From assembly GCA_934426255.1 (NCBI GenBank), contig CAKRYD010000004.1, positions 28,320-92,319 of the forward strand: 64,000 nucleotides of DNA. Reading direction: 5' to 3'. The position numbers and the translations under genes are program-made. Numbering within the stretch: the first letter of the stretch is position 1; each line of letters opens with the position of its first letter. Below, piece after piece: positions 17,921 through 26,611 of the stretch. The notes under the pieces are model-generated. The model made no database searches. It was given only the letters and a program-made list of their open reading frames with translations, and had not been told where the DNA came from. This stretch comes from an uncultured Bacteroidaceae bacterium. Lineage in GTDB: Bacteria; Bacteroidota; Bacteroidia; Bacteroidales; Bacteroidaceae.

Positions 17921-18847
17921 ATGAAAACAAAGCAGAATAAAGCCATTTTGGTCATTGTCAAAAGCAGAAGCTACCGCGCCAGCTTTCAAGAGGCGGCCAA
18001 CCTGATTGTTTCAAACCTGAAAGCATTGTGTGTTTCACTGTTTCCTTTTCCCCTGGCGATAGGAATCGTTGGAGCCGCGCTCTTGCAATTGGCAGGGGCG
18101 GGGATTGTTTCACTGGCAGCAAGCATCGTAGTGTTTTCTTTCGTTGTTTCAATGTTTTGCACAGCGTTTTGCCAAATGATGAAAGACTTTGGAAAGACAC
18201 AGGCCTTGGAGAAAATCAGTTGGAAAAAAGACTTTAAGGCAATTGCCCTAAAGTCGCTCACTCCTTTCTACCTGCTTTTGCTGCAAACGGCCTTTTGGGC
18301 AGCACTGGCCATCGGGACAACCGTTTGCATCGGGCTTCGTCCGGGATGGGCAATAGCCATCGGCGGCGCGGCAGCCTTGATTGTGGTGGCTCTATGCGTT
18401 CCTTTTAATATAAGTCTGGGCTGCGCCTGGTTTTCGGGCCTGGGTTTTGTAAAGGCGGCACTGCGCGGATTCACAGCTATGCGCCACCACTACGGCACAA
18501 CGCTGATGCTGCTTTTCATGTCGTTCATCGTCATAGCAGTAACGTGCATCATAGGCTACACGCCCTTGCTGATTCTCGACAGGGCGGTTGAAGCATCCGA
18601 GACAGCCGTTTCGTTTGGCGACCCTACCGACATGCCCTCACTGATTTATGTAGTCAGATTCGTATTGCGGCTTGTATTGTTTACCTTGATGGCTTCGATG
18701 CTGCTGATATGGCTCGTGCCACTTTATTTGCACCATTTTTCCATGCAAAAGAAAAACGAGGAACGCAAAAAGGAACAGGAAAAACTGCAAATGACGCGCG
18801 AAGCATACAAGGCAGCACGCGAAAACTATTATCTGACAACCCCCTGA
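17921..18847 (+). CDS. hypothetical multi-pass membrane protein
   Basis: At least six hydrophobic segments and a charged C-terminal tail (KKNEERKKEQEKLQMTRE). No motif recognised. Confidence 0.5.
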   Translation: MKTKQNKAILVIVKSRSYRASFQEAANLIVSNLKALCVSLFPFPLAIGIVGAALLQLAGAGIVSLAASIVVFSFVVSMFCTAFCQMMKDFGKTQALEKISWKKDFKAIALKSLTPFYLLLLQTAFWAALAIGTTVCIGLRPGWAIAIGGAAALIVVALCVPFNISLGCAWFSGLGFVKAALRGFTAMRHHYGTTLMLLFMSFIVIAVTCIIGYTPLLILDRAVEASETAVSFGDPTDMPSLIYVVRFVLRLVLFTLMASMLLIWLVPLYLHHFSMQKKNEERKKEQEKLQMTREAYKAARENYYLTTP

Positions 18848-18868
18848 TTTTTTCCTTGGCAACAAAAA

Positions 18869-18893
18869 AGGCCGACTCAAAACGAGCCGGCCT
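18869..18893 (-). terminator. Rho-independent terminator candidate for gdhA
   Basis: aggccgactc / gagccggcct forms a 10-bp stem with 1 mismatch and a 5-nt loop. A T-run follows on the minus strand. Confidence 0.55.
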
Positions 18894-18934
18894 CAAAAGC
18901 TAATGTATGAATTAAATGCTTCGTAAAGCCATTA

Positions 18935-20269
18935 TTAAATGATGCCTTGAGCCATGATGGCTTTAGCCACTTTCATAAAGCCAGAAACGTTGGCACCCTT
19001 GACATAATCGACTGTACCGTCGGCCAATGTGCCATATTTTACACATTGTGCGTGGATGTCGGCCATGATTTGCTGGAGTTTTTGATCTACTTCCTCACTG
19101 CTCCAGTTGAGATGGTTGGCGTTTTGAGTCATTTCGAGACCCGAAACCGACACACCGCCGGCATTGGAAGCCTTGCCGGGAGCATAGAGCAAACCGTTGC
19201 TTTGGAAAATCTTGATGGCCTCGGGAGTAGATGGCATGTTGGCTCCTTCGGAAACAGCGATGCAACCGTTGTTGACCAAGGTCTGGGCATCGTCGCCGTT
19301 AATCTCGTTCTGTGTGGCACTCGGCATGGCAATGTCGCATTTCTCACCCCAAGGACGTGCACCGGCCACGTATTTAACATTGTATTTCTCGGCATATTCG
19401 CGAATACGTCCGCGGTAAATGTTCTTGAGCTCCATGATATAGTCGAGCTTTGCGCGGTCGATTCCTTCGGGATCGTAGATATAGCCGTCCGAATCCGAGA
19501 AAGTGACAACTTTGGCACCTTCCTGAAGGAGCTTCTCGGCAGTATATTGTGCCACATTACCAGAACCCGACACGCAGACGGTTTTGCCTTTGAGCTCGAT
19601 GCCGCGGGTTGCCAACATATGCTTTAAGAAATATACGTTGCCGTATCCTGTTGCTTCGGGGCGTATGAGAGATCCGCCGAATTCGAGTCCCTTTCCGGTA
19701 AGTGTACCGGTATGTTCACGCGTAAGCTTTTTGTACATTCCGAAGAGGTAGCCAACTTCGCGGCCGCCAACACCAATATCACCGGCGGGAACGTCTGTGT
19801 CAGGACCTATATTGCGCCACAGTTCAGTCATGAACGCCTGGCAGAAACGCATCACTTCGGCATTCGACTTGCCACGTGGGCTGAAGTCAGAGCCGCCTTT
19901 TGCGCCGCCCATCGGAAGGGTTGTCAAGGAGTTCTTGAACGTCTGCTCGAAAGCAAGGAACTTAAGAATAGACAAATTCACTGACGCGTGGAAACGCAAA
20001 CCTCCTTTGTAGGGGCCGATGGCGTTGCTGTGTTGTACGCGGTAGCCGGTATTGGTCTGTACTTTGCCTTTATCGTCAACCCAAGTGACACGGAAGGTAC
20101 AGATACGGTCGGGAATACAGAGGCGCTCTATCAAATTGCTTGCCTCGAACTCGGGATGCTCATTGTAAACATCTTCAATGGAATTCAATACTTCTGTAAC
20201 CGCCTGATAGTACTCTGGCTCGTTGGGAAATCTTCTTTTAAGATCATCGATTACTTGTTCTGCTTTCAT
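18935..20269 (-). CDS. gdhA: NAD(P)-specific glutamate dehydrogenase
   Basis: KGGLRFH and LPMGGAKGGSDF are Glu/Leu/Phe/Val dehydrogenase active-site motifs. 444 aa. Confidence 0.95.
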   Translation of the reverse strand: MKAEQVIDDLKRRFPNEPEYYQAVTEVLNSIEDVYNEHPEFEASNLIERLCIPDRICTFRVTWVDDKGKVQTNTGYRVQHSNAIGPYKGGLRFHASVNLSILKFLAFEQTFKNSLTTLPMGGAKGGSDFSPRGKSNAEVMRFCQAFMTELWRNIGPDTDVPAGDIGVGGREVGYLFGMYKKLTREHTGTLTGKGLEFGGSLIRPEATGYGNVYFLKHMLATRGIELKGKTVCVSGSGNVAQYTAEKLLQEGAKVVTFSDSDGYIYDPEGIDRAKLDYIMELKNIYRGRIREYAEKYNVKYVAGARPWGEKCDIAMPSATQNEINGDDAQTLVNNGCIAVSEGANMPSTPEAIKIFQSNGLLYAPGKASNAGGVSVSGLEMTQNANHLNWSSEEVDQKLQQIMADIHAQCVKYGTLADGTVDYVKGANVSGFMKVAKAIMAQGII

Positions 20270-20301
20270 TTTTTCAAGTGTTATAAATTCTATTTACCCT
20301 G

Positions 20302-20309
20302 CAAATTTA
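20302..20309 (-). promoter_or_regulatory. -7 box (TAAATTTG on minus strand) upstream of gdhA
   Basis: Plus strand reads caaattta, 33 nt upstream of the ATG at 20269. Confidence 0.5.
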
Positions 20310-20389
20310 AGAAAAAGCACGGAAATATCAAACGTTTTGAATGGAAAACACGCAGAAAAAATCAATTTGTCAATTTTTCGCGCTTCAAT

Positions 20390-21913
20390 TCATCCTTTTC
20401 TGTTCTTTAACAGGCTGCACTTGGCTTTTAATACTTGCACAACGGATGTTTCTTTGCAAAGAATGCGCAAGGAAATCCACGAAGACAAGGCCAAAGCCGG
20501 AAGGCCAAGGATGTATTTGTAAGGAGCAGGAGCCACGATACAGGCGGTAACGGCCAAAGCGAGCAGTGCGGCTTGAAGCACTCCAACAAGAAAGGAACGG
20601 GAGGAAAAGCTGAACTTGTATTTGGCATGATAGACCGACGAAATGAGCAGCAAATCGAACAGATTGGACAATGACAGCGCCATTCCGCAGCCTTTAAGCC
20701 CCCAGCAACGATAGCCTACGATGACCAAAGACACGAAAACCAGGTAATAGAGAAATTCCATGGTGAAATACAGAACGGAATCGCCGCGTGCAAGCGAAAG
20801 ATAGGCGACCGGTGTGGTGATGGCCTTAAAATACATGTAGAAAGCCGCGTAAAGGGCCATGGGAACGGCCAGCATGAACTTTTCGGAAAACAAAAGATGT
20901 ATGATCAGGGGAAGCAGCAGCACAAAAAGGATGAGAAAGGGTGCTATGAGCAGCATGCACACTTCCATCTGACTGTTGACGGCATGGTTCATCTTTTCTT
21001 TGTCGTGACAGATGGAAGAAAGGCGCGGAAAGTAGTCGGCATCCATGCTGACAAAGACAAAACGCGCATACGAGACCGTGAGCACGAAGCCTGCGCAGTA
21101 GAGCCCTTCGTCGGCCAGCGAACCTTGGTTGACGATATAGGAACGCACTGCCATTTCGGCCACGGCGGCCACGATGCCGGCCAATATATAGGAGATGCCG
21201 AGCCGTATCATGTCGAAACCTTTGCCCAAGGTTGAGCGCGAAAAAGGATTTGCCTTCCAGGGGAATATGCGCAAAGTGCAATTCAACTGTATGAGCATGG
21301 CGGCCAAGGTGCTGATGATTAGAGAGGGTATGATGCCGCCAAGTCCCCAGACATAATAAAATGGAACAGTGGCCATCAGTGTTGCCAAGGCACCGGCAAG
21401 TGTGACGAGTGCCAGGGTCTTCAGGCGGCGCATGGCCTTGAGTAGGGCAATCTCTGCGCCCGAAATGGCCAGCATGGCCACAACCGGCGACAACAAAGCG
21501 ATCTGAAAGGTATAGGAATAGTCGCCAAACGAAAGTCGGCTGATGAGCGGTGACAGAAGCAGGCATAGCGACATGCCCACCAAGGCTGTCAGCAGACTCC
21601 AGCTGCGTATGACGGCAACTTGTGAAGCCAGCTTTTCGTGGTCGCAGCCTTGCCCTTGAAGCTCGGAAAGGCTGCGGACGGCCGTGAGCGGTATGCCAAA
21701 CTGGGTGGCATTGCTCAAAAGGTTCATGGCATGGTTGTAGATGTCGATAAGGGCCAGGCCTACACTTCCCAAAAGCACCGCCACGAATTTGTTGCGGACG
21801 ATGGACAGCAGCACGGTGATGCCCTGCACACCGCCAAAGAGGCCCGTGTATTTCAATACGTGGTTGTAGGCTTTGCTGCCCTTGTCGTCTTCGTGCGGGG
21901 CTTTTGTCTTCAT
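20390..21913 (-). CDS. oligosaccharide flippase (Wzx/MOP superfamily) protein
   Basis: 507 aa with about 14 hydrophobic helices. The N-terminal KYTGLFGGVQGITVLLSIVRNKFVAVLLG is typical of polysaccharide biosynthesis/flippase proteins. Confidence 0.75.
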   Translation of the reverse strand: MKTKAPHEDDKGSKAYNHVLKYTGLFGGVQGITVLLSIVRNKFVAVLLGSVGLALIDIYNHAMNLLSNATQFGIPLTAVRSLSELQGQGCDHEKLASQVAVIRSWSLLTALVGMSLCLLLSPLISRLSFGDYSYTFQIALLSPVVAMLAISGAEIALLKAMRRLKTLALVTLAGALATLMATVPFYYVWGLGGIIPSLIISTLAAMLIQLNCTLRIFPWKANPFSRSTLGKGFDMIRLGISYILAGIVAAVAEMAVRSYIVNQGSLADEGLYCAGFVLTVSYARFVFVSMDADYFPRLSSICHDKEKMNHAVNSQMEVCMLLIAPFLILFVLLLPLIIHLLFSEKFMLAVPMALYAAFYMYFKAITTPVAYLSLARGDSVLYFTMEFLYYLVFVSLVIVGYRCWGLKGCGMALSLSNLFDLLLISSVYHAKYKFSFSSRSFLVGVLQAALLALAVTACIVAPAPYKYILGLPALALSSWISLRILCKETSVVQVLKAKCSLLKNRKG

Positions 21914-21921
21914 ATTTGTTG

Positions 21922-21929
21922 CAAAGATA
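21922..21929 (-). promoter_or_regulatory. -7 box (TATCTTTG on minus strand) upstream of the flippase gene
   Basis: Plus strand reads caaagata, 9 nt from the ATG at 21913, which implies a very short leader. Confidence 0.4.
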
Positions 21930-21951
21930 AGTTTTTTCGTTTAATTTGCCG

Positions 21952-21959
21952 TAACTTTG
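21952..21959 (+). promoter_or_regulatory. -7 box TAACTTTG upstream of the glycosyltransferase gene
   Basis: Exact match 43 nt upstream of the ATG at 22002. Confidence 0.45.
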
Positions 21960-22001
21960 CCGCAACAAGAGACAACAGAACATAGTAGAGGAACTATTCT
22001 T

Positions 22002-23123
22002 ATGAAGATACTGCTAATCGGCGAATATAGCAATGTGCATTGGACGCTGGCCGAAGGGTTGCGCAAGTTGGGGCATAGTGTCACGGTGGTTTCCGACGGC
22101 GACGGCTGGAAGAACTATCCGCGCGACATTTCGCTCAAAAGAAATCTGTCGTGGGGCCGGGCAGGGGCTCTTTTATATGCTTTTCGTCTGTTGACGTTGC
22201 TTCCAAGATTGAAAGGATATGATGTCGTGCAGTTGATCAATCCGATATTTTTCAGCTTAAAGGCTGAAAAACTGATACCCATCTATCGCAAAATAGCGCG
22301 AAACAACAAACGGATATTTCTTGGAGCGTTCGGTATGGACCGCTATTATGTAAAAGCCTGCGTAGACACCGACATATTTAAATACAGCGACTTTAAGCTT
22401 GACGGCCGATTGCGCCAATCGCAAGACAATACCGTGTGGTATCGCGACTGGTACGAGGGAGACAAAGGCCGTCTCAATGACTTGATAGCCAATGACTGTG
22501 ACGGCATCGTTTCGGGGCTCTACGAATATGATGCCGCTTATCGGCCCTATTTTGCCGACAAACTGACTTATATACCATTCCCCATCAATACCGACAAGAT
22601 TGCAGCCCATGAAATACAGAGGGTTGACAATGTGAGGTTTTTCATAGGCATTCAGAAGCTGCGCAGTCAGTATAAGGGCACCGACATCATGTTGCGCGCC
22701 TTGGAGCGTGTGAAACGCGAGTTCCCCGATTTGTGCACCATCGTAAAGGTCGAGTCAGTTCCGTATGCCGAATACCAACGGTTGCTCGACTCATGCCATA
22801 TGATGCTCGACCAGCTCTATTCGTACACGCCGGCCATGAATGCGCTGCTCGGCATGGCCAAAGGACTGGTGATAGTGGGCGGCGGCGAGCCTGAAAACTA
22901 TGAAATTATCGGTGAAGACACTTTGCGGCCGATTGTCAATGTGGAACCAAACGAACAAAGCGTTTACGAAGCCTTGAAAGACCTGGTTGTACACAAGGAA
23001 AAGATTCCCCGGCTTTCCAGGCAGAGCGTGGAATATATCCGCAAGCACCACGATTACGTAAAGGTGGCACAACGCTATTTGGATTTTTGGACGAAAAGGC
23101 TGATAAAAAAAGGAAGAAATTAG
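22002..23123 (+). CDS. glycosyltransferase (GT-B, family 1/4-like)
   Basis: The ATG at 22002 gives MKILLIGEYSNVHWTLAEGLRKLGHSVTVVSDGDGW. Size and N-terminal Rossmann pattern fit GT4-like enzymes. Confidence 0.65.
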   Translation: MKILLIGEYSNVHWTLAEGLRKLGHSVTVVSDGDGWKNYPRDISLKRNLSWGRAGALLYAFRLLTLLPRLKGYDVVQLINPIFFSLKAEKLIPIYRKIARNNKRIFLGAFGMDRYYVKACVDTDIFKYSDFKLDGRLRQSQDNTVWYRDWYEGDKGRLNDLIANDCDGIVSGLYEYDAAYRPYFADKLTYIPFPINTDKIAAHEIQRVDNVRFFIGIQKLRSQYKGTDIMLRALERVKREFPDLCTIVKVESVPYAEYQRLLDSCHMMLDQLYSYTPAMNALLGMAKGLVIVGGGEPENYEIIGEDTLRPIVNVEPNEQSVYEALKDLVVHKEKIPRLSRQSVEYIRKHHDYVKVAQRYLDFWTKRLIKKGRN

Positions 23124-23241
23124 ATTTTTCCTTCCACACGAAAAAATACCCAATCGTCACCATAGCGTCCTACATTTGAGGCATCAAGCAACCTTGATAA
23201 AGAAGATCAGCCACCTTTTCTGCCATTATAATAATTGGATT

Positions 23242-23571
23242 TTACCACAATGCAACTTTACCTGCTATTCCTAAATCAATCGTTGCAGTAGCTACGCCCA
23301 ATGCTTTGAACACTCTTCTCATAGTTGGAATAGTGATACTGTAACCTCTTTCCAATCGGGAAATCTGTGCTCTTTTCACACCTATACGTTCACCAAGCTG
23401 TTCTTGCGTCAAATTCTGTTCTATACGGGCCTTTTTGATTGCTTCGCCCAATCGATAAGCATGCAAAGCCTCATCCACGTCACTTTCAAAGGCATCACGT
23501 TTTGCTGTGCCTACTTTACCGAAATGCTTATCAAGCACATCGTCTAATGGGGTAAGATTTATCTGTGCCAT
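23242..23571 (-). CDS. XRE-family HTH antitoxin (HigA-like)
   Basis: The C-terminal HTH is LTQEQLGERIGVKRAQISRLERGYSITIPTMRRVFKALG. Overlaps the 3' end of the toxin gene by 13 nt. Confidence 0.8.
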   Translation of the reverse strand: MAQINLTPLDDVLDKHFGKVGTAKRDAFESDVDEALHAYRLGEAIKKARIEQNLTQEQLGERIGVKRAQISRLERGYSITIPTMRRVFKALGVATATIDLGIAGKVALW

Positions 23572-23885
23572 AATCTCTTATTTTTAAAATATTCTTTTCT
23601 TATTTCTTCTGCTTTTGCTATTTCCTTACTTGGTATCTTTTGAGTTTTCTTGATGATGCCGTGGGTAGCAATCACTAATGTTTCTTTGTCCTTGTCCCAA
23701 AAAGCAAACAGACGATAAGCAGTTTTGTTATACAATGTACGAAACTCCCATATCTCCGAGTTCTCCAACTTCTTGAAAAGTTCTTTGTTGCGTTCTCCAC
23801 CAGCAACACGCTTAATGTTGTAGTAAATCTTGTAAGATACCGATTCGGGCAAACTCTCAATAAAGTTCTTTGCCTCATCTGTCAA
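23559..23885 (-). CDS. RelE/ParE-superfamily toxin (HigB / phage Gp49-like)
   Basis: LFKKLENSEIWEFRTLYNKTAYRLFAFWDKDKETLVIATHGIIKKTQKIP is the typical Gp49/HigB-like core. The start codon is TTG. Confidence 0.75.
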   Translation of the reverse strand: MTDEAKNFIESLPESVSYKIYYNIKRVAGGERNKELFKKLENSEIWEFRTLYNKTAYRLFAFWDKDKETLVIATHGIIKKTQKIPSKEIAKAEEIRKEYFKNKRLWHR

Positions 23886-23929
23886 GACAAGGCGGAAGAT
23901 ACTTTATTCCATACATTATCATTTTTGTA

Positions 23930-23937
23930 CAAAGGTA
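23930..23937 (-). promoter_or_regulatory. -7 box (TACCTTTG on minus strand) upstream of the toxin-antitoxin pair
   Basis: Plus strand reads caaaggta, 45 nt upstream of the TTG at 23885. Confidence 0.5.
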
Positions 23938-24113
23938 TGCATATTGTTTCGCAAAAAAGAAACAATGGGCACTTAAAAGCAATTCACAGCTTATATTTAA
24001 CACTTTTACAGAGGATAATTACTTATAAAGTACTTGCAAACCTTGCGGAATTTCTAACTAAAAATAAAGTCTAAAGAAATGAATGATATTTTCGTTGATC
24101 CACATATATATTG

Positions 24114-24121
24114 TACCTTTG
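24114..24121 (+). promoter_or_regulatory. -7 box TACCTTTG
   Basis: Exact match 44 nt upstream of the ATG at 24165. It lies inside the N-terminal extension of the ORF-track call (TTG 24111), which argues for the 24165 start. Confidence 0.5.
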
Positions 24122-24164
24122 TTCTAATAAAGAGTGGTTTAACAGCAATGAAGACTATCGACTT

Positions 24165-25046
24165 ATGAAACAGACGGCAATTATCCTATTCGCATTTATG
24201 CTGGCTGCAACCGCGGCAGCCCAAGGCTTAGACCCCCTATATGAAAAAAGCGATTCAATAAAGATAGAAAAGTTATTGGGCGAAGGCTTTCGGCAGCCTG
24301 CCGGCACCTGTCTGCCGCTATTCTATGCCAAAAAGTTTGTGGGCATTCCCTATGTAGGCGCAACGCTCGAAGTTTCGCAACGCGAACGCCTTGTTGTCAA
24401 CTTGCGCCAATTGGATTGTACCACCTTGGTTGAAACCGTCACGGCGCTGGTGTTGACGCAGCATCACGGGCAACGCGACTTCGGCAGCTTTTGCCATTGG
24501 TTGCAAACCATCCGTTACGACAACGGTACGATTCGCGATTACACATCGCGCAATCACTATTTCAGCTCGTTCATATTGAATGCCGAGCGCATAAAGCTTG
24601 CCCATGAAATAGTGCCGGCCGACAGCGGAAAGTCCTCATTGTTTACAGGCACAAAACGCCTTGACCTTCATTTCATGAGCCGCCACTACGACCGCTATCC
24701 ATCCCTTAAAAAGAATCCGGCTCTTATTGCCGGCATTAAACGCACTGAGAAGGAGCTGACAGGTAACCTTGTCCGATACATCCCCATTAAATCATTGGGA
24801 AAGTCGAAAGCTTTAAAACAGGCTGTGCACGATGGCGACATTCTTGCCATTGTCACCAATCGCGACGGCCTCGACATCAGTCATGTGGGATTTGCCGCGT
24901 GGGGCAAAGACGGATGTCTGCATTTGCTCAACGCTTCGAGCCTGCATCACAAGGTGGTGCTCGAAACCAAGACGCTTCAAGCCTATCTCCGCACGCAACG
25001 GCTGCAACCCGGAATCCGTGTTATCCGCATTGCCGGCTGCCGATAA
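24165..25046 (+). CDS. DUF1460 domain-containing protein (amidase-like, secreted)
   Basis: Signal peptide MKQTAIILFAFMLAATAAAQG. LRQLDCTTLVETVTALV resembles the DUF1460 core. Confidence 0.6.
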   Translation: MKQTAIILFAFMLAATAAAQGLDPLYEKSDSIKIEKLLGEGFRQPAGTCLPLFYAKKFVGIPYVGATLEVSQRERLVVNLRQLDCTTLVETVTALVLTQHHGQRDFGSFCHWLQTIRYDNGTIRDYTSRNHYFSSFILNAERIKLAHEIVPADSGKSSLFTGTKRLDLHFMSRHYDRYPSLKKNPALIAGIKRTEKELTGNLVRYIPIKSLGKSKALKQAVHDGDILAIVTNRDGLDISHVGFAAWGKDGCLHLLNASSLHHKVVLETKTLQAYLRTQRLQPGIRVIRIAGCR

Positions 25047-25049
25047 TGA

Positions 25050-26495
25050 CTACCGGCTGTTGGAGATGGCAAGAAGTATGTCGCCTTTTTTCAGCTCCAC
25101 TTGTCCGTTGGGAACGATAAAGCTGTCTCCCCGCTTTATCATCATGATAAGCGTTCCCTGAGGCAGACTCATTTCAGACAATCTGCGTCCCTTTTCCAAT
25201 GCTTCTTCGGTTAAAGTAATTTCGTAAAGGCGCGAGCCCAGTTCTTCGGGTATTTCTATGCCGAATTCGTTGCCGTCTTTCTCGGCCGGAGCGTCCAGAT
25301 GCAACTTGCGTGCGAACCAGGAGATGCTCATACCTTGCAACGTCAGGGAAAGAAGCGTTATGAAAAATACTATATTGAATATAAGGTCGGCACCGTCCAC
25401 TTTGCTCACAACCGGATAGGTGGCAAAAATGATCGGAACGGCACCACGCAGCCCCACCCACGATAAGAACAGTTTGGAACGGGTTGAAATCTTACGGAAC
25501 GGCAGCAGGCAGGCAAAAACGCTTATGGGGCGTGCCACCAACATCATGAACAGACCTATGATAAAGGCCGTTCCGGCAACGCCGATCACCTCTTTCGGAT
25601 TGACCAGCAAGCCTAATGTCAAGAACAGGATAATCTGTACCATCCACGTAAGCCCGTTCATGAAAGTATTCATCTCGCGCCGATACGACAGGCGGCTATT
25701 GCCCACTATCAATCCGGCGATGTATACTGCCAGATAACCGTTGCCATGCAATAGGTCGGTGATGGTAAAGATGATGCAGACAATGCTTAACAGCATCACG
25801 GGATATAAAGCCGCATTCGGCAAATTGATGCGGTTGATGGTCCATGTGCAGACTTTTCCTAAGAGGTAGCCAAGCACAGTTCCTATGGAAAATTGCACCA
25901 GCAATCCATAGAGCATGCTTTGCAAAGGTGATTCAGCATGCGATGTAAGGATTTGTATCAAAGCGATGGTGAGCATGTAGGCCATCGGATCGTTGCTGCC
26001 GCTTTCGAGTTCGAGCATCGGGCGCAGATTGTTCTTGAGTCCGATGCTTTGCGTGCGCAGCAGATTGAAAACCGAAGCCGAATCGGTCGATGACATGGTG
26101 GCGGCCAGCAATAGGGAGCCTACCAGCGAAAAACCGGTACTGCCACCCGACCAACGAAGCAGGTAGTAGGTAAACACACCTGTTACTATCGTCGTGATGA
26201 TGACACCGATAGTTGAAAGCAACACGCCCTGCATGATGATGGGACGTATTTCTTTCAGCTTCGTGTCCATGCCGCCGGTAAACAAAATGATGCTGAGAGC
26301 TATCATGCCTATGAACTGGGCATCTTCGGGGCTGTTAAACTGCAAGCCGAGACCATCGCTGCCAAACAACATACCGGTAAACAGAAAAAGCAACAGGGTG
26401 GGAATGCCGAAGCGCGACCCCGTTTTACTGATTAATATACTTACAAGCACAAGAGCAGCGCCTAATAAAAAGATGTTTTCTGTTGTAAATACCAT
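25050..26495 (-). CDS. K+/H+ antiporter (CPA1, NhaP2/CvrA-like) with C-terminal TrkA-C domain
   Basis: 12-13 TM helices and the C-terminal YEITLTEEALEKGRRLSEMSLPQGTLIMMIKRGDSFIVPNG (TrkA-C). The start MVFTTENIF at 26495 is supported by the -7 box at 26525. Confidence 0.85.
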   Translation of the reverse strand: MVFTTENIFLLGAALVLVSILISKTGSRFGIPTLLLFLFTGMLFGSDGLGLQFNSPEDAQFIGMIALSIILFTGGMDTKLKEIRPIIMQGVLLSTIGVIITTIVTGVFTYYLLRWSGGSTGFSLVGSLLLAATMSSTDSASVFNLLRTQSIGLKNNLRPMLELESGSNDPMAYMLTIALIQILTSHAESPLQSMLYGLLVQFSIGTVLGYLLGKVCTWTINRINLPNAALYPVMLLSIVCIIFTITDLLHGNGYLAVYIAGLIVGNSRLSYRREMNTFMNGLTWMVQIILFLTLGLLVNPKEVIGVAGTAFIIGLFMMLVARPISVFACLLPFRKISTRSKLFLSWVGLRGAVPIIFATYPVVSKVDGADLIFNIVFFITLLSLTLQGMSISWFARKLHLDAPAEKDGNEFGIEIPEELGSRLYEITLTEEALEKGRRLSEMSLPQGTLIMMIKRGDSFIVPNGQVELKKGDILLAISNSR

Positions 26496-26524
26496 AGTTG
26501 CAACGATGTTGGGAGTTTTCTCAA

Positions 26525-26532
26525 CAAAGATA
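26525..26532 (-). promoter_or_regulatory. -7 box (TATCTTTG on minus strand) upstream of the antiporter gene
   Basis: Plus strand reads caaagata, 30 nt upstream of the ATG at 26495. Confidence 0.5.
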
Positions 26533-26611
26533 CTACTTTTTAGCCATAAAAAAGCGGGCAACCCGACCTTTCCATCAAATCGGATTGCCCGCCACAGACT
26601 TGGCAGCAATA

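Noticed and set aside
20826-21983. 385-aa minus-strand ORF overlapping the flippase gene in another frame
   Set aside because: Its composition is Arg/His/Pro-rich with no TM helices or motifs. The co-located 507-aa frame encodes a coherent 14-helix membrane protein.
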